Assembly: GCA_963924565.1 (NCBI GenBank)
Contig: OZ004609.1
Span: 30,380,001 to 30,444,000, forward strand
Direction of reading: 5' to 3'
From: Ascidiella aspersa
Taxonomy: Eukaryota
DNA length: 64,000 nt
A model generated the notes under the pieces. It was given only the letters and a program-made list of their open reading frames with translations. It had not been told where the DNA came from and did no database searches. Made by a program: the position numbers and the translations under genes. Shown here piece by piece: positions 1-15,000 of the stretch; positions within the stretch are counted from its first letter, which is position 1, and the number at the start of each line of letters is the position of its first letter.

Positions 1-3000
1 TTTAATGAAGTCTCCCAGCAGTTCGTCACTGTATTCACAGAATAGCAGCCATCCCTATCTTTCTAGGCAATTATCAAAGGTGAGCGAATATTCAAGAACC
101 GATTACACTTAATGGCTCATTGAACAGGGATAAAAGTTGGTTAACAAATTGCCTGATACCTTGCTTGCACCTAAATAAAAACAGTTCTAGCAGGCTGTAC
201 AACATTTTAACTTAACATTTTAAATTATTCCCCTAATAGAATGAAAATTTCCCCTTATTATAATTTTTACTAAAAGACAGAAAGATCAAAATAAATTTTA
301 GTCGATTAGGACAAAAAGGAAAAAAATGTATTTTTATTCTTTTATTTTAATTTTTTTACATGCCTAGTTGCCTACCCTTTACCTGGCTTTTTTGTCCTTT
401 TAATTGTGTGTATGCATACGTATGAAATTTTTTTTCTAAATATATAATTCTTAGATGATCATTCCTTAAATGTGAAGTCTCAGTCACTACTCACTAAACT
501 CTCTTTTTAATCAATAGATAGCAATCTGTCGTTATGGGATAAAGTTCCAATTTGGTTGAGTTACGTGGGCGGGTATAGTAATGACAGGGGTGTGTGTTAC
601 TGTTATTGCCGCGCTTGTAAGTTTTCAGTCGGTAATAAATGAGTCATAACAGAGCCCAACCCATTGTCACTTAACCTATTTTGCCCCAAGCTTTTCAACG
701 CGCTTTTGTTTTGTTATTTTCAATCTGTCAGCAGATTATTTAACTTTTCTCTATTTTTCTTACTCTTAGGGATCTAAGCTTGTTCAAGGTGGAATAATAC
801 CGCGGATTACCCCATCAAGGAAAAAGAAAGAAAAGCCAAAGTTTAAGAAGTTCAAATACCACCAGTACATACCCCCTGACCAGGTAAAATTGCTTACTAG
901 AATACTGTTAACTTGTTGATTAACCATATTGTGCTGCATAGCGCTCCAGTTATTGTTCTTGTTGTTGATGGTACTTTAATAAAGCCCCAAGGTTTTTATT
1001 TTTGTTTTTTCTTTATTCTAATGCGCCATGCATTTTAAAACTAAATTAGTTAATAAACTATGCAGTACTGAATAATTACTGTTTGTAAATTCCTTTGGTG
1101 GCAAATTGTTGTTTATTTGCAATAGTAAATGCTGATTGTATGTTAAATTTGTCATAAAAAATTGTTACTAAATGCCTCAAAATGTGTTGCAATTTGTAGT
1201 TTGCATCAAAATGTGCGATTTGTAGTTTGCATGTTAAAATTGTTTGCAATTTGTAGTTTGTAGACTTTTCACATAATAGGTTCAAATTGGCAAGTACTGT
1301 ATTTTACCTAGAATTTAAATGAAATTGTATATCTGACTTCAAGACAGATGGATTCGACCTGGTAGATGTAATTTTGCTGTCTTCCGTGGCAGACATTACA
1401 AAAAGCTGTGTGATTGGTGGTTTTACTTCAATAGTCAATGGAATTTGTAAATTGCAGCTTTCAATATTGACACCCAAGTGGTTTTTCCCTTTACATGGGC
1501 CAGGTGTCAATTACGAAACAGGACATTTAAGTTGTAGAAATATCGCGCCTAAGCATATCACTTGGTATTATTTAGTCGCAGGGTTCAGCCAGATAATATA
1601 TTGATTAATTAGCTGGAATTTCCAGTGTTTTTTATCAAATCACACACAGCTGTAGCGAGATTTTGAAAGTGAACATCGTCCAAATTGCATGACCCACCTT
1701 GTCCTGTGCATCCGGAACTGAAATAATTGCCCTGTGTGCTAATTGCTTCTGGTGCAATGTACTTTTTAAATATAGATGCCTTGTAGCAGTGGCCTTGACT
1801 TTCTGTGTGGTCTGAAAATTGAATTTTTACAGGTCAATTAAGTGCCGCAATCTGCTTCTAGCATGTGTGCGTCATGGTGAAACGGATATTGATCAATAAA
1901 ATCTTTAAGTTTAAACAAACTCAAATGTTATTGATTTTGTTGGTTTGTAGTTAAAAACACAAATTTGTCACTGTCAAGTTTTGTTTTTAGTTGTTTTGTA
2001 GAAAAACGTCATGTAAGCTCTAGCAAGACCATTTTATTAGATTGCTAGTCATTTAAAAATATTTTTTCTTTTTAAGGTGTCTAAAAACTTGTATCAAACC
2101 TCCCTAGAAGCAATCCTTATTGCAGGTAAAGGCTAGATAGCTTCATATCAAAGTCTTAGACGCATTAAAAAGCCTCACAATGCCGTACAAAATTAAGTGG
2201 CACAAGTAAAATTTATTTTGTGGCAGAGCAAGTGACATCTTATCCCATAATCTCGCTTGGTCTTCTTAGAAGCCTGACGCAGGCACGTCACAGAGCTTTG
2301 TCAATTTGCAAAGCGACGGCGATCAGCCGGACTCAATTTTCACTTCTCTGCCAAGCTGCTTTGGCCCTTGGCTATTACCAGGCTTGATGGAAGTGCTTGT
2401 ATTTCCTTTGCCTGTCTCTGTCTCTTGTTTACGTCTCAATTGGAAACATGTGCCGGTTGGAACCATCCCTTGCTTTATCTTGTTTTAATGGTGAAACTGC
2501 TCAACCTAAGCCATGTTTTCACTGATTTCGGTTCGGCCCATGTGGTTAGTTCAAAGGGAGTTTCGATGACACGAAGTGTGGAAGATTGCTGAAACATAGC
2601 ACTTGAGTAGAGCGATAGATTCCTTATCATGTATTAAAAAACACTATATTTTACTTTTTCAATTAGGCAAAAAAAATTTTCCAAGTGTTTTTGTTAAATA
2701 TTTTGCAACCAAACTGCTGCAAGTGCCAGTTGTTATTACACTTGATCATCATAAACTACAACTTCTTGGTAAAATCTTTATGTCCTAAGTTCTGCACTGC
2801 TGCAATACAGTGATGTTGAATGAAAAGGGCAACTTGTTAACAGCAGTTGCATTTATTTTCTGGTGCCATAAAAATGTTGTGGACTTTGCCATTACTAGGT
2901 AAATCACATGAAACACTTCCTATAGAAAAATGAGTAATAATGTATGATATAATATAGAAGTTTTTTGATTTACCAAATTTATATTCAGTGATATTTTGAA

Positions 3001-6000
3001 CATAATTATCTGATCAGATTTAGCTTTGCAAAATACAAGGGTAGATTTTACAAATAAGTGGTCAGATTTATTTATTTTGTATTGACAAATTTTGTTTTGA
3101 AAAAGAAATAAAATACTGCGGTAACCCAGTTTTTCCAAGATGGTCACTACTGTACTCATAGTCAAATAACAAATCTTCCTAAACTGTTTGCTATTTTTTG
3201 TAAGGCAGATTAGTTTGTTGCATAGGAATGTCTTCCAGTGGGTTTACATAACCCAGTAACTACACAGTATTACAGTGTCTGGCAAACACAAATCACCTCA
3301 AGTGTGTCTTATGGTCCCACCCATGGATGAGTAAATATTGGCCTTGCCTCCCTTAGTGTGCCAACTATTCAAACTGAGCCACAAGTTATTGGGTGGTTTT
3401 ATTATGCCAATTCTCAAATCACTGTGTGTCTAAGGAGTCTTTCTCTTGTCAGAGCAGTACTGATTTACAGTTGGAGGTGATTAAAAAATCATGCAGAATA
3501 AAAGTGGGAATTGTCTTGGTTTTCCCCATGCAAACAATTTTACTATGTATGGCACAAAATTAACCTATTTTTAATATATAACCTCGAATGGACATTTCTG
3601 TTTAAAACATTTTGCATGGAGGTAAATGAATTATTGATATAAATATATTTTAGTAATAGTTTTGTTAATTCTTATTTAAACTTGTTTTTAGTGCAAGCTT
3701 TCAAGTCCAAACCATGTTTATTTAGTTCTGCAATTTGCTTATATATCAGCTTAACTTAAAAAGTTTGTTTTCTGTTGGTTTTTGTAATCCGTAAACCATA
3801 AACAATTTCAGCTTACATTGCTTTCGCTCCTACTTTGGCCTTAAGTGGTTGTTCATAACATTGGATTTGAATTTTAATTTAAGTTGATTAATGCTCCTTT
3901 TCCTTAAGCTACCTGGTTTACGTAGGGCAACTCTTGTGCTAGCACTATTGTAGTGTTTACCTGTTGTTTGCATTGCACACCATCCATGTCTACCCCATAT
4001 TGCCAGCACTGCGCTTTTTTACTATTTCCTGGTGTAGAGCCAATTGCAATAAAACGTGTTTGGCCTACAAGCGTGTCTGCAGTCAGTAATCTAGGTCCAT
4101 GTCGATCATGTAAAATGTTCACCATGTGCTGAGAACAGTTATTAATTATCAGACTGTCCTACACTTCTTTTTCCAACTGTGCAGGCCTGATTTTACCCTA
4201 AAATTGGTTTCATGTTTTATTGATTACTGTTTGGTGCAGTCATTATCGAACCAAAACCCACTGAACTTATTGTCTACCATCCTTCAAGCATGTTTGAGAT
4301 GACCTGAATGTTTACATTGCCAACCCAATCAGAGATTTTGTAATTATAGTAATTTTTGTGATGGTATGTGTTTAATGGTTAATTCAGCAACATAAACTTA
4401 ATATATATGCTATGCCTTTATTTTATGCAATTTTGAATAAAATTTTTATGATATATAGGTAAAAACAAATTAAGTTATTTTTATCTGACAAATAAATACA
4501 ATACATACATTAGGTATATATTTCTTGTGTATTTGATCCATTTATTTTTAGTAACTTAGTATTGCTTACATTCAATACAGGTTCATAAAAATTGTATGTA
4601 GTTTGTCCTTAAAAAATCTGTTTTTGCTTTAATAAATTGTACTCATGAGTTATTGTTTTTTTATGGTGATTGGGCTGCGACTTAAGTAGACTTTTTTCTT
4701 TAGCATCACGGAAAGAGCAGAGAACTCAATGCGAAAGAGTTGGGAGGTGACACGCCATACTCCAGGCTCCTACAGCAACAGCAACTCTATTTACAGCTAC
4801 AAATCATGAACAAACAGTACTCAACACAGCTGTCCAACCACAGGTATTTCGTCTTGCTACTTTCTCCGCAATTCTTGTCACGACTCTTTTTTTTAATTTT
4901 GTTTCGGACGATTTACAGCGGGGATTTTGCTCTACGAGGGCTCGAGGTTTCAATTATTATTAAAATATTGTCAAATTATAATTTTTCAGTTCACTGTCAT
5001 TTTTTTTTGTTTATCGTTTCCACAATTTTTAATTTCACAAATTGACATGTTTGTATTGTGTATTATAGATCTGAACATTCACAGCAGACTGGAAGTTTTT
5101 CGCAATCGGTATGTACCCCTTTCCTTTTATTAACCATCTATATAAATATAATATTATATAGGAAATACTGCATATTTAAGTGTAACACTCAGGCAGTATG
5201 ATAGCCTAGCAAAAAGGTTAAGTGAAATAGCGTGTATATATGACAAAGGACTTTTCTTTCTATACTTTCCATTGATTTAAGAGTTCAATCTCATTAGGTT
5301 TGATTTTGGCTCCATGGCGAGGGTAATCACTTTCCTGTTAGAGTAGAGGTCGACTGTAATCCAATTACTTTAAAACTGTGGTTTCGGCTTAATGCCAGAC
5401 ACCTGTAACCTTGCAAGAGATGATTGTAAATCGTTCTTAGAACAAAAGGATGCTGGGTATGGCGCTTTAAAATGATTATTTTATTTACAAAATATATTTT
5501 TGGCGCCATTTTTTCAGTAGTATGCATAGGTACTATTTGTTGTACCAAAAGTAGCACACTTATCAATTTATACAAAAAATAAATAGATTATGTGTTAATT
5601 AAAAAAATATCAAAAAATTTCAAAAAGTTTAATTTGTGAGTATTAAGAGAAAGAGAAAAAATATTAGGCCCTCCCTTAAAAAAGTCCACCAGGTAAAGCG
5701 AAAAGAAATACTCCAGCAGTGTTATAAATGAACAAAGAGTTATTCAAAACGTTGGACCTACTTATGTGTAGGCTTTAATATTCCTACTGCGTATTACTAC
5801 AACCTCAAGCCAGTATGTTACAAACTTGGCAGTTAGAGTTGCCGCTGAAGACTCTTTTCAAGTTTATTTGCTTTTCTTTTCAGACGTTGGGCGCCCCCTC
5901 CCCACCCCCACTGTCGCAGTCAATGAAGGAGAAACCGAGCAACATTTGCGCAACACTTACTATGAACAAACTCGACGAAATGAAAGTGTCCGAACTGAAA

Positions 6001-9000
6001 GAGGAGCTCAAGTACAGGAGATTGAAGGTAAACACAAATCACTATCTATGGATGGGTCAACAAGGTTTCACTAAAAATAACTTTTAGTATGCTTTTTAAT
6101 GAGTGTAATGTGGTTGCCAGGCTTTGCATCGTTTATAAAATAGTTCTTCCGGCCAGCTTTTTAACCGTAATTTTGATCATTTTGCCATTTCTTGACGACA
6201 AGCGGATTTTAATATTAACAAAACATAGGTTGAAAATATACATGGTCGCCAGACAAATTGAAGTGTAAAAAACCTGCAAATTGAATATAGCATATGTAAA
6301 GTTGCCTTTCAGAAGATTGTTATTGCTAAAGTTATACAAGGAAATAAATTTATTCTCGTTCTTTGTGTTTTACATTCGAACCCATTGTTATGATCGAATG
6401 TACAAACTCGGTGCGACTTGTCATTTGGCCGCGATGTAGCTTTTTGTATTGAGCATCAAACTGAAATTGTTTTTAACCGGCAAAAAGTAGACAAATATTC
6501 ATAGCATGATTTCTCAACAAAAAAGAAAGTTAAAGAAGGTATAAATATGAACGTTCAACTATTTAGTCAAATCTGCATTAAGTTATTTGTTGTTTTTTAA
6601 GGTCACTGGTACGAAAGAGGTTTTGGTCGACCGACTGAAGCCGTTCTGTGTGGATTACGACAATCCATTGTGAGTTTAAAAAAATACCAAACGTAAAAAC
6701 ATGATAGACATCTTAATTAACCTGCTGTAACCGGTAATGCTTAAATGGTACAAAACTTATAAACGAAAAACAGTGGAGTACAATTACCATCAGGATGTAA
6801 CTCTGCAAAATTATTGTAGCAAATGTTTTGAAATGGTTCCTTTTTTGTCTGAAAATCTTATCTGCAGACTAACTTCTTGCGAAGCAAATAGATGCGGAAC
6901 CGCGCCGTGTATTGTGGCACCACAATAAACTTTACAACAGCGTTTAAAACTTTTTTAACGCCGACCCGTAAAAATATATATATTTTTCTGTCAACGAACT
7001 GTGAAATTAAAATAAGGCACCTAAGCGTTTTTTTTTTAATTTTAATTTGAAAAAATTCAACCCATTTTATAAAAAAATGCACCAATGAAATCCTAAAACT
7101 AGTTCACGTACGTCGTACGTCCAAGGGATCCACGGACCATTCACGAACCCATGCTTTATTTTTGTTTTTTCACGCAACGTATCCAAGAAAGCAAACGTTG
7201 CCTATTTGACGCGCGAGACAAAGGTGCAAGCCTACTGTTCGGGCGCCTTGCATTGCTGCAAAGCAACTGCGCAGAGTAACGAGGGCGGGTGCGGGAAAAA
7301 AAGCGATCTAAACGCAAAACCGTGTTTTTTTGTTTCCAGTCTCACCGATCCGCTGAACCACGACGAAAACTCGTCGTCGTCTTTCCCGACCGCCGGCAGC
7401 CCTACCGCTATGAGCGAGGTAAGTTAAGAGCTAGCTGCGAGACGCGACACGCTTTAGCGTAGATTCCCTTTAAAGCCACGCTTTGTGGCATCCTCGATTC
7501 TTCGTAACGACTGAAAATACTGGTTATGCATTTGAACTCGTTCAAAACAAGGAGCTGTAGTTTTAGAGGGCGCGCAATAATTTACTATGGGTGGGATAAG
7601 GGGATAAGTTTTGTAAAGTTAGTAATAAAGCAGTCTTTTTTAAAGAGGAATTGCAAAAGTGATCATACGGCTAGTTAACACTCAAAATCTCTGTATAAAT
7701 GGTTGTAGTTATTTGCCGATAATTTATAAATGTATACAGCGTTCCTCAATTTTTTTAAATTTAATTGATTGTCTTTGAATTAACTTGCGTATTTAAAAGT
7801 TTTTAAGCGTTTGTTTTCCAAATGTGTTCGAATGTCTTCGAATATGCGTTTTAAATGCGGAATTTGTGTCTTAAATATGTTTGACAACCCTATATTAAAA
7901 TATCGTTTTGACAGGGCTTCTTTGAATCAAATTGAACGAGATAACGCCAAGGCTTTTTTATAGACAGTCGATTTTTTAAGATATAGAATACCCAATACCA
8001 TATTGGCAAACATTCTTAATTAAGCAATTCTTTGAATAAACCTTGGCTGTAAGTTCGTAACAACACGTATAACCGATTCGCCCAGACTTGGACAACTAGA
8101 ATACTAGATAATTCTAGTTTTCTAATTCAATAAATTAGAGCAAAATATGGCTAATTCTAATTCTAATCTAATTTGCCAATTGCTTGTGTTTTCTAATTCT
8201 AGTTCTAATCTAATTCGTTTTTTACCAAAAATCCTACTTTGTCCAACGACATTTTAGTCTCTTAGTGAAAACAAAGAATTTGAATTCAAACTCTTTAGTT
8301 GAAACGTAATTTTCACGGACTAAAAATCATATGCTATGCTAAAATGCTTAAAAATTAGCACACACATAATTGACATGCATATTCCTATTAAAATACTTCT
8401 CGATTTAAATGTAATTGATTGTGTATAATAAAATGTAACTTTAGTTTAAATTCTAGTTCAAATTCGCTTTTTTTAAGAATTCGGTAATTCTAATCTAATT
8501 TGAGAAAACTCAAAATGATCTAATTCTAATTCTAATCTAATTTGAAAAAACTGAAATGCTCTAATTTTAATTCTAATCTAATTTTAAAAAGCTAAAATAA
8601 ATCTAGTTGTCCAAGTCTGGCATTCGCCAATTACTTTTATAATGCGTGACTTTGCGAGGTTTCGTAAAGTAACATTATATAAGACCGTCCTATTATTATA
8701 AACGTCCAGCCAAAACTAGTCACCGACGGAAAAAAACTAAAAAGCCTTATTTAAAAGAGCGCCGGCCTTTAAGCGGCCACGCAATTTGGCCGTCTGCGCG
8801 ACGTCGCTTGCGCTCAATTAGCGACGCATTGACGCACTTGGCGAAACGCGACAGGCGTCATTTGCGGCGCACACAAACACGGACGGAATTCTGTTTGCCA
8901 TCCAATCCGGCCCATTGCACACCGTGCGTGGTTGGATTATCTATACTTTCGGTTTTGTGCGCCTCAGTGCGACGTGCCCTTGCTTTTCTCGGTCGTCTTA

Positions 9001-12000
9001 AACTCTTATGGGACTGGTCACGGAAGAGATACGTTAAAAACTTGCGTTTTTCGTGTGTGTTGATGTGTTTGTGGACTTCCTTAATGGGCTTTGGTTTTGG
9101 GTTTCGTGAATCATTGTAAGTTTGCTTTTGCAAATTTCATATGCACGTCGACAACTTGAATGATGTTATATGAGGTAAATAAACGTATCCTAAAACCTTG
9201 GTATTATGTTAGGTAAGAAAACTTGTTTTACAAACTTGGTATTATGTAACGTAAAAAACTTGTCCTTGAAACTTGATATTATGTCAGGTAAAAAAACTTC
9301 CCTAAACCTATTTTATACAACTTTCTGTCCACCTACGGCTCAATTAATTAAACTTAGGCAAACCCAAAAGTTGATTGCAGGTATTTTTTTGGACGGTAAA
9401 AGTGTCGCATGTAATCTTGCCAGGCATCTTTCGGTCAGCGAAAACATCTTCCTTTTCTCTTTCCAACTGTTACGTAACTGTTGTTTTGGGGCCAAATGTG
9501 AAACAAGGTCACTTGTCGGCACACATGATAACGGCCGTGACTCATTTTACCTTACAAATCTGATGGAAAAGTGTAAACAAAGTCGCAAACAGTTTGTTTC
9601 AACTCCGTCGATATTTGGAGTCCAAAAGCGCAGCAGTAAACATTAGTTGCACTTTACTATTTATTTGGTCTAAGTATGGCCGCTTTGCTTGGCTGGGGAA
9701 AGTTTATCGGTTTCAAACTGATAATTTTAGTAAATAAACCAGAGGTCGTGGGTTTTTTTACTCGGCCGAGAAGAACTACACGGATCACCCTAATTCTCTT
9801 TTGTTGCCTATTACCATTGATTTGTCGAGTTTTATAAATGGTTTCGTATGTTATATAAGTGATTAAAAAAAAATAGAAAGAAGTTATACAATATTTTTGC
9901 GCCGTTCCTGGCATTTTTTCGCTTGAAATAATAAATTTTCAACAAATGTTAATACCAACACCCATTGTATGTAAGATAGAATGGTTAACATATCCGAAGG
10001 TGGTATCGGTGCCAAGCCCCATCAAATTGACATAGGCATTTCAGCACTTTTTCAGTTTCGCGCTAATTAAACACGACGATGGTCATTGCAAGTCCCATAA
10101 CTCCGGTCTCCCTTTTTTGGCCGAGAAAACCTCTGACCTTACTTTTTTCGTCACAGGGTTCCTCCTACTCGGCACACGACAAGGATAACGGCGCCGGCGG
10201 CCCGGTGTTTCCCCCGCTCAACAACCAGCAGCAGCAGCATGGTTCGGCGCCTTTCGCGAGTCGAGTGGCGCGTATGCCGATTCCCGAGCAACACAAGATC
10301 GTGCTCAAGCAGGAAAAGTTCACCATGCCCACCTGGCACTCCAACATACAGGTACATGTGTGGGCAGTGTTGACTTAAGTCGATGACTTGGCATGAGTGC
10401 ACTTAAATCACTGTTTTTAAATGACTTGACTCAACTTAACTTTTGCGTAAAATGGCTTAAATGTCTTGACTTAAGTCATTTAGAAAATTGACTTGACTTA
10501 CACTTAAGTCATTTACAGAAACGACTTGACGTATGTTAAGGTGCTTTAGTTCAGTACTTTTTGGTAAAATTGAATTATTTAAGCCAATTATGAAATGTAA
10601 TAAATGTTAAATATTTGTTGCGCATTTTGTATTTTCTTTGCGAAATTTTGACCATAATGAACGTATTCACCATTTGTGAAAGTTTAATACTAATTTTTTA
10701 TGCCAATGCTGTGACTTAAAATTGACTAACATAACTTTTGACATGGACTTGACTTGCCATTTGTTGAAAACGAACTGACTTATACTATGCCGCAAGGTAT
10801 TACCCTATGGTTTACATAGATTTTTGGTTGTGCTAAATCGGGGATACCGTGTTCTTGTATGGATAAATTAATACACCTTTCTGCTTAAACTGATTGTGTT
10901 CTATTTTTCCTGCAAAGGGTGTCGATTATGGTGGCGTACCAGTCCTTAGATGTTGCAAAGCAGAATCTTGCCAGCCTTCTGGTGACAAGCGTTTTTGGCC
11001 TAAATTCTTCGGTTTTTGATCGCGCTCTTAAACTTAAATGATGTGTTCGCCTAAGGAATGTATGAACCTTGCCTCTTTTGGCGATAAACAAGGCTATTAA
11101 TAAGTGAATTAGACAACCAAACGTTGCGGCGAAGGCGCCAAAATTTTCGTGACATTAATTAAAAAATACATAAGGGGCATGTGAAGGTACAACCTGGGGT
11201 CTGGGGGTGCACATGTCTGCTTTTCTTACTCTAAAACTGTTCTGCTTTTCTTACTCTAAAACATCGATAGGCTGTTTTCAGCCGAACGAAAAAATGCAGC
11301 TTAAAACCAGATTAAAAAGCTCGAAAAAATATTCTTTGGATAAATTAGGATAAATTTTCAATTTATATTGCTCGAAATAATGATATATATAATAAAATAT
11401 AATAAAAATTGTCAGAGTCGCAATGCAACTTTACCTTTTGGATAGATTTATTGAAAACAAAGACTAATAAATCTAAGAAAACCAGGCTAAAATACTTTAC
11501 GCCGCAGGTTGAGAAGCATAGTCTAGTCTAGTAGGCTACATCCTTAATATGCCGATGCGAATGTTAAAAACAACCACAAGGTATTTTGTAAAATGGATCT
11601 CGGAAAAAAAATTCAACAAAAAATTTTTTTTTACTTAAATTTTTTTTGCACCAATTTCTTCGGTTTTTTGGCTTATTCTTCGGCCGACATAGTCGCCAAG
11701 TCGCCAGCATTCTGCCATACTGTTGCAAAGTTTATGTTCCGAAGATTATTTTGGTTTCATTTACAAGATTGTTGTTGTTTCGTTTAGTCGTTATCCTAGC
11801 TTTTTTTGCAAAACTAGCAATAGCTTGTAAAGAAAACAAGTAATCGCCGTAAACCTAACGAATAGTAAATATTTTATAATTATCTAAATTTAAAACTCAC
11901 GACGTCCTGTTAAAAAAACGGCGAAAATATCCCGAACCTTTTCGGCAGGACGCGCGCGTCGTTTCCATGGTGACCACGCATCCGACCTCGTCCATCTACA

Positions 12001-15000
12001 CGGCGAGCAGTCGGAAGCTGACCAAGGATAAGCTGCTGGAGGAACAACAGAAGGAGATCCAGGACCTACGCAAGATGGTGGAGCTCCATCGATCCCAACT
12101 GCAGCAGCTTCAGGATCACAAGCAGCTCATCAAGAAAAAGGTTGGTGATTATCGAAAAATAACAGATCTTGTAAACTTCAGATCTTTATGGTTGGAGGTT
12201 AAAGTTGAACGTAGAATAAATATGAAAGTCGGTGCGGAAGTACGGGTTCAGGTTTACCACAATGCGTTTGAATATCTTTGAATTGATTTGCGTATTGAAA
12301 AGTCTTTGAAAAACCTAATGTCTTTCCAGAAGTCTTGAACTTATTTTTTCTTTATAAATATGTCTTACTCTATATGGGGTAACCAGGTGGCACTATGTAA
12401 AAACAAATTGCTAATTTATTTTTTGTTCAGGATTGCTAATTTATATTATGCTTAAGTTATATGTTCAGAAAGAACTGTTAAAAAAATAAAAATATATTTT
12501 TAATGTGTTGACCAATGACCATGGCATTTACAGTGTTTTGTTTTCGCAATTTGAGGTCTTTAGAAACCTACAATTTTTCTGAAGAGTCTTTGAAATTTTT
12601 TTTTTTAATTTTTGTGTCAACCGTGTAGGTAGTATCATACCAACTTCTGCATGAGCTTCGGCATTCGTTCAACAGCTATTTTGCCGAAAACCCTATTTTT
12701 TCCTTTTTAGTGAAAATGTTAAATGAAGATTGTACAATTCTATACGCTCCTAAGTAGTGATTTGATTTTGTATTATGAACGACATAAGAAGGTTCTTTTA
12801 AGACGAACGAATCATCTAAGGTGTAAAACTGTTCTGTTTTGGCTCGAAATGACTATGATTTTTCTGATACAAAATGCTTTATAGTAGGCAAGTGTAATAC
12901 CATGTTCTGGATTTTAGGGAAAATCGTAATAAAAAAACGGTTAATGATAAATTTTAGAAAACCTTTTTACTAACGAGCATGTATTTATAAAAGCCTCCAA
13001 TGGCACCAAATTAGACGCAAAAATTTGTCGGCGTTTGCTCTACGCCCGGTATGAAGCTAATATGCCCGATATTTATGCGGCACTCCGAAATTGTTAAATA
13101 TCTGCAGCTTTTAACGAATTTGTTCTCTCTTGTTTTAGTCGGCTGAGAAGCTCCTGGAGGCCCAGCAAGCCAAGCAAAGCACCTTCGAGTTTCCAACAGC
13201 CACCCAGAACGCACAACCCGCCGTGCAGTTCTGCTCCGGGTAAGCTTAGCTTCGGTTTAAACACATATTATTTTGTTTTTTTGCTTGGTACCACCCTTCT
13301 GTTTGACACAGTGCGTCTCAACCTTTTTACGACGACCCTAATACTAAGAGTAAGCATAACGGCGGTTTTTGGCGGCCCGATTTCTGTTCACCTAACTTTT
13401 AGTAAGCATAAAGTTGACAAAAACGTATGACCGTTAATGAAAATATGACCGTTAATGAAAATATGACTGTTAATGAAAATAAGTCTTCGTATTACTTCAG
13501 TTTCTCAAATTTACGAGAAATCTTGTTCTGAACCAATCTAAATAAATCAAACCATGTAACCAAAATTTTGTTCGGCCACCCAATTTTGTTTCCAGCTGCT
13601 GATATTGGAATCATTCATTTCTTATTTAGTTTTTATCAAGATGTGATCGAAAGAGTGGATTTGTTACAAAACGGATTTTGGCTTACTAACCTATTGATCC
13701 AAACTGAATAAACCGACGCCAATTTCCATTTATTCCAGTATTTTTTTGATCTGGCAACTCTTATTTTCAATGTTAAAGCCTTGTGCTAACACTACGTTCA
13801 AGATTAAAAATCTTGCAAGCGAGTAAACCTCCTTTTTAACGTAAACCTCCTTTTTTATGCAGCAACCCGACCACCAATCGTCAAACGTCGTCGTCGTCTC
13901 AGCCCTACAACAGCCCACCCAACTACGAGCAAGCGTTTGAGGTGAGTGAGACGTTACGCCAGTAAAGTGTTTGCCAGTTCCATGGACAAGATTTGCTTTA
14001 ACGCTCAGTATCTGGAACTACAGCAGGGATTCTCATACTTTGTGCCGTGGCACACAAGTGTGTCTCAAGGGTCTATTAACTATCATTTTCGAAAATAAGT
14101 TTTTTTGTGTTAAAAGAATACACAAACAAGCAAGCTTGCGCGACACTAAATATATACACTATAATGTATGATATTGTGGTATTATATTGCCCGGCCGTGC
14201 ATTACAAATTATGATACTATTGCAGGCAGTGCGCTGCGAGTATTGTTTGATTTTATTAAGGTCCGCAACCCCAAAAGTTTGAAAACCAGTGCCCTACAAT
14301 ATTGAAAGGCCTTATACGTACACCAGCTTGAACACATACATATTTCAAGAAAGAATATTGCTATAATAAAATAATAACTATTTTTGTTAACAAAGGACTC
14401 TTGGTGGTCATCAGCTATAAATTATTTTTAAACAGTTTTAAGTTTAATGAATATGCCTTTATTATTACTTTTGATAGATAAGCGTATAGGGCGTGATACG
14501 GCCTCATTTTATTCGCTCGATTTTTGTTGAAAATTGTGTTCATTTTTCAACGCGTGTATCTGCTTTATCCAGCTGATGAACGACGACGACCCCCGACCTA
14601 ACCATCACCATCATGAGCGGGCCAACCAGGATATGGACGCACTGCTTGAACTGCTGGCAGATAACGGAGGTAAGGCTTTTTTGGAAAACTACACAAAAGC
14701 CCTAATAACATTAGGGGTATTTTGTGTTTGGCTTTAGCGCGTAGGATCGAGCAACAGAATATTTTTAGTTTTATAGTTTATGCGTTTTTTAAAGTCACAA
14801 AAAAAGTCATTTTACGCGAATTAACACCCCGGTTCCCATCTTGGTAATGTGACTAAATTTATTTCAAATCTTTGGAAATAATGTCTCAATTTAAAGCTTG
14901 TCATTACGCACACCTTAATGTGTTCACCAAAAGAGAGTGCCTTGTCATTTTTATGACACAGACGATGCAGCAATTTATCTCTTTGAATTCAATAAACTCG

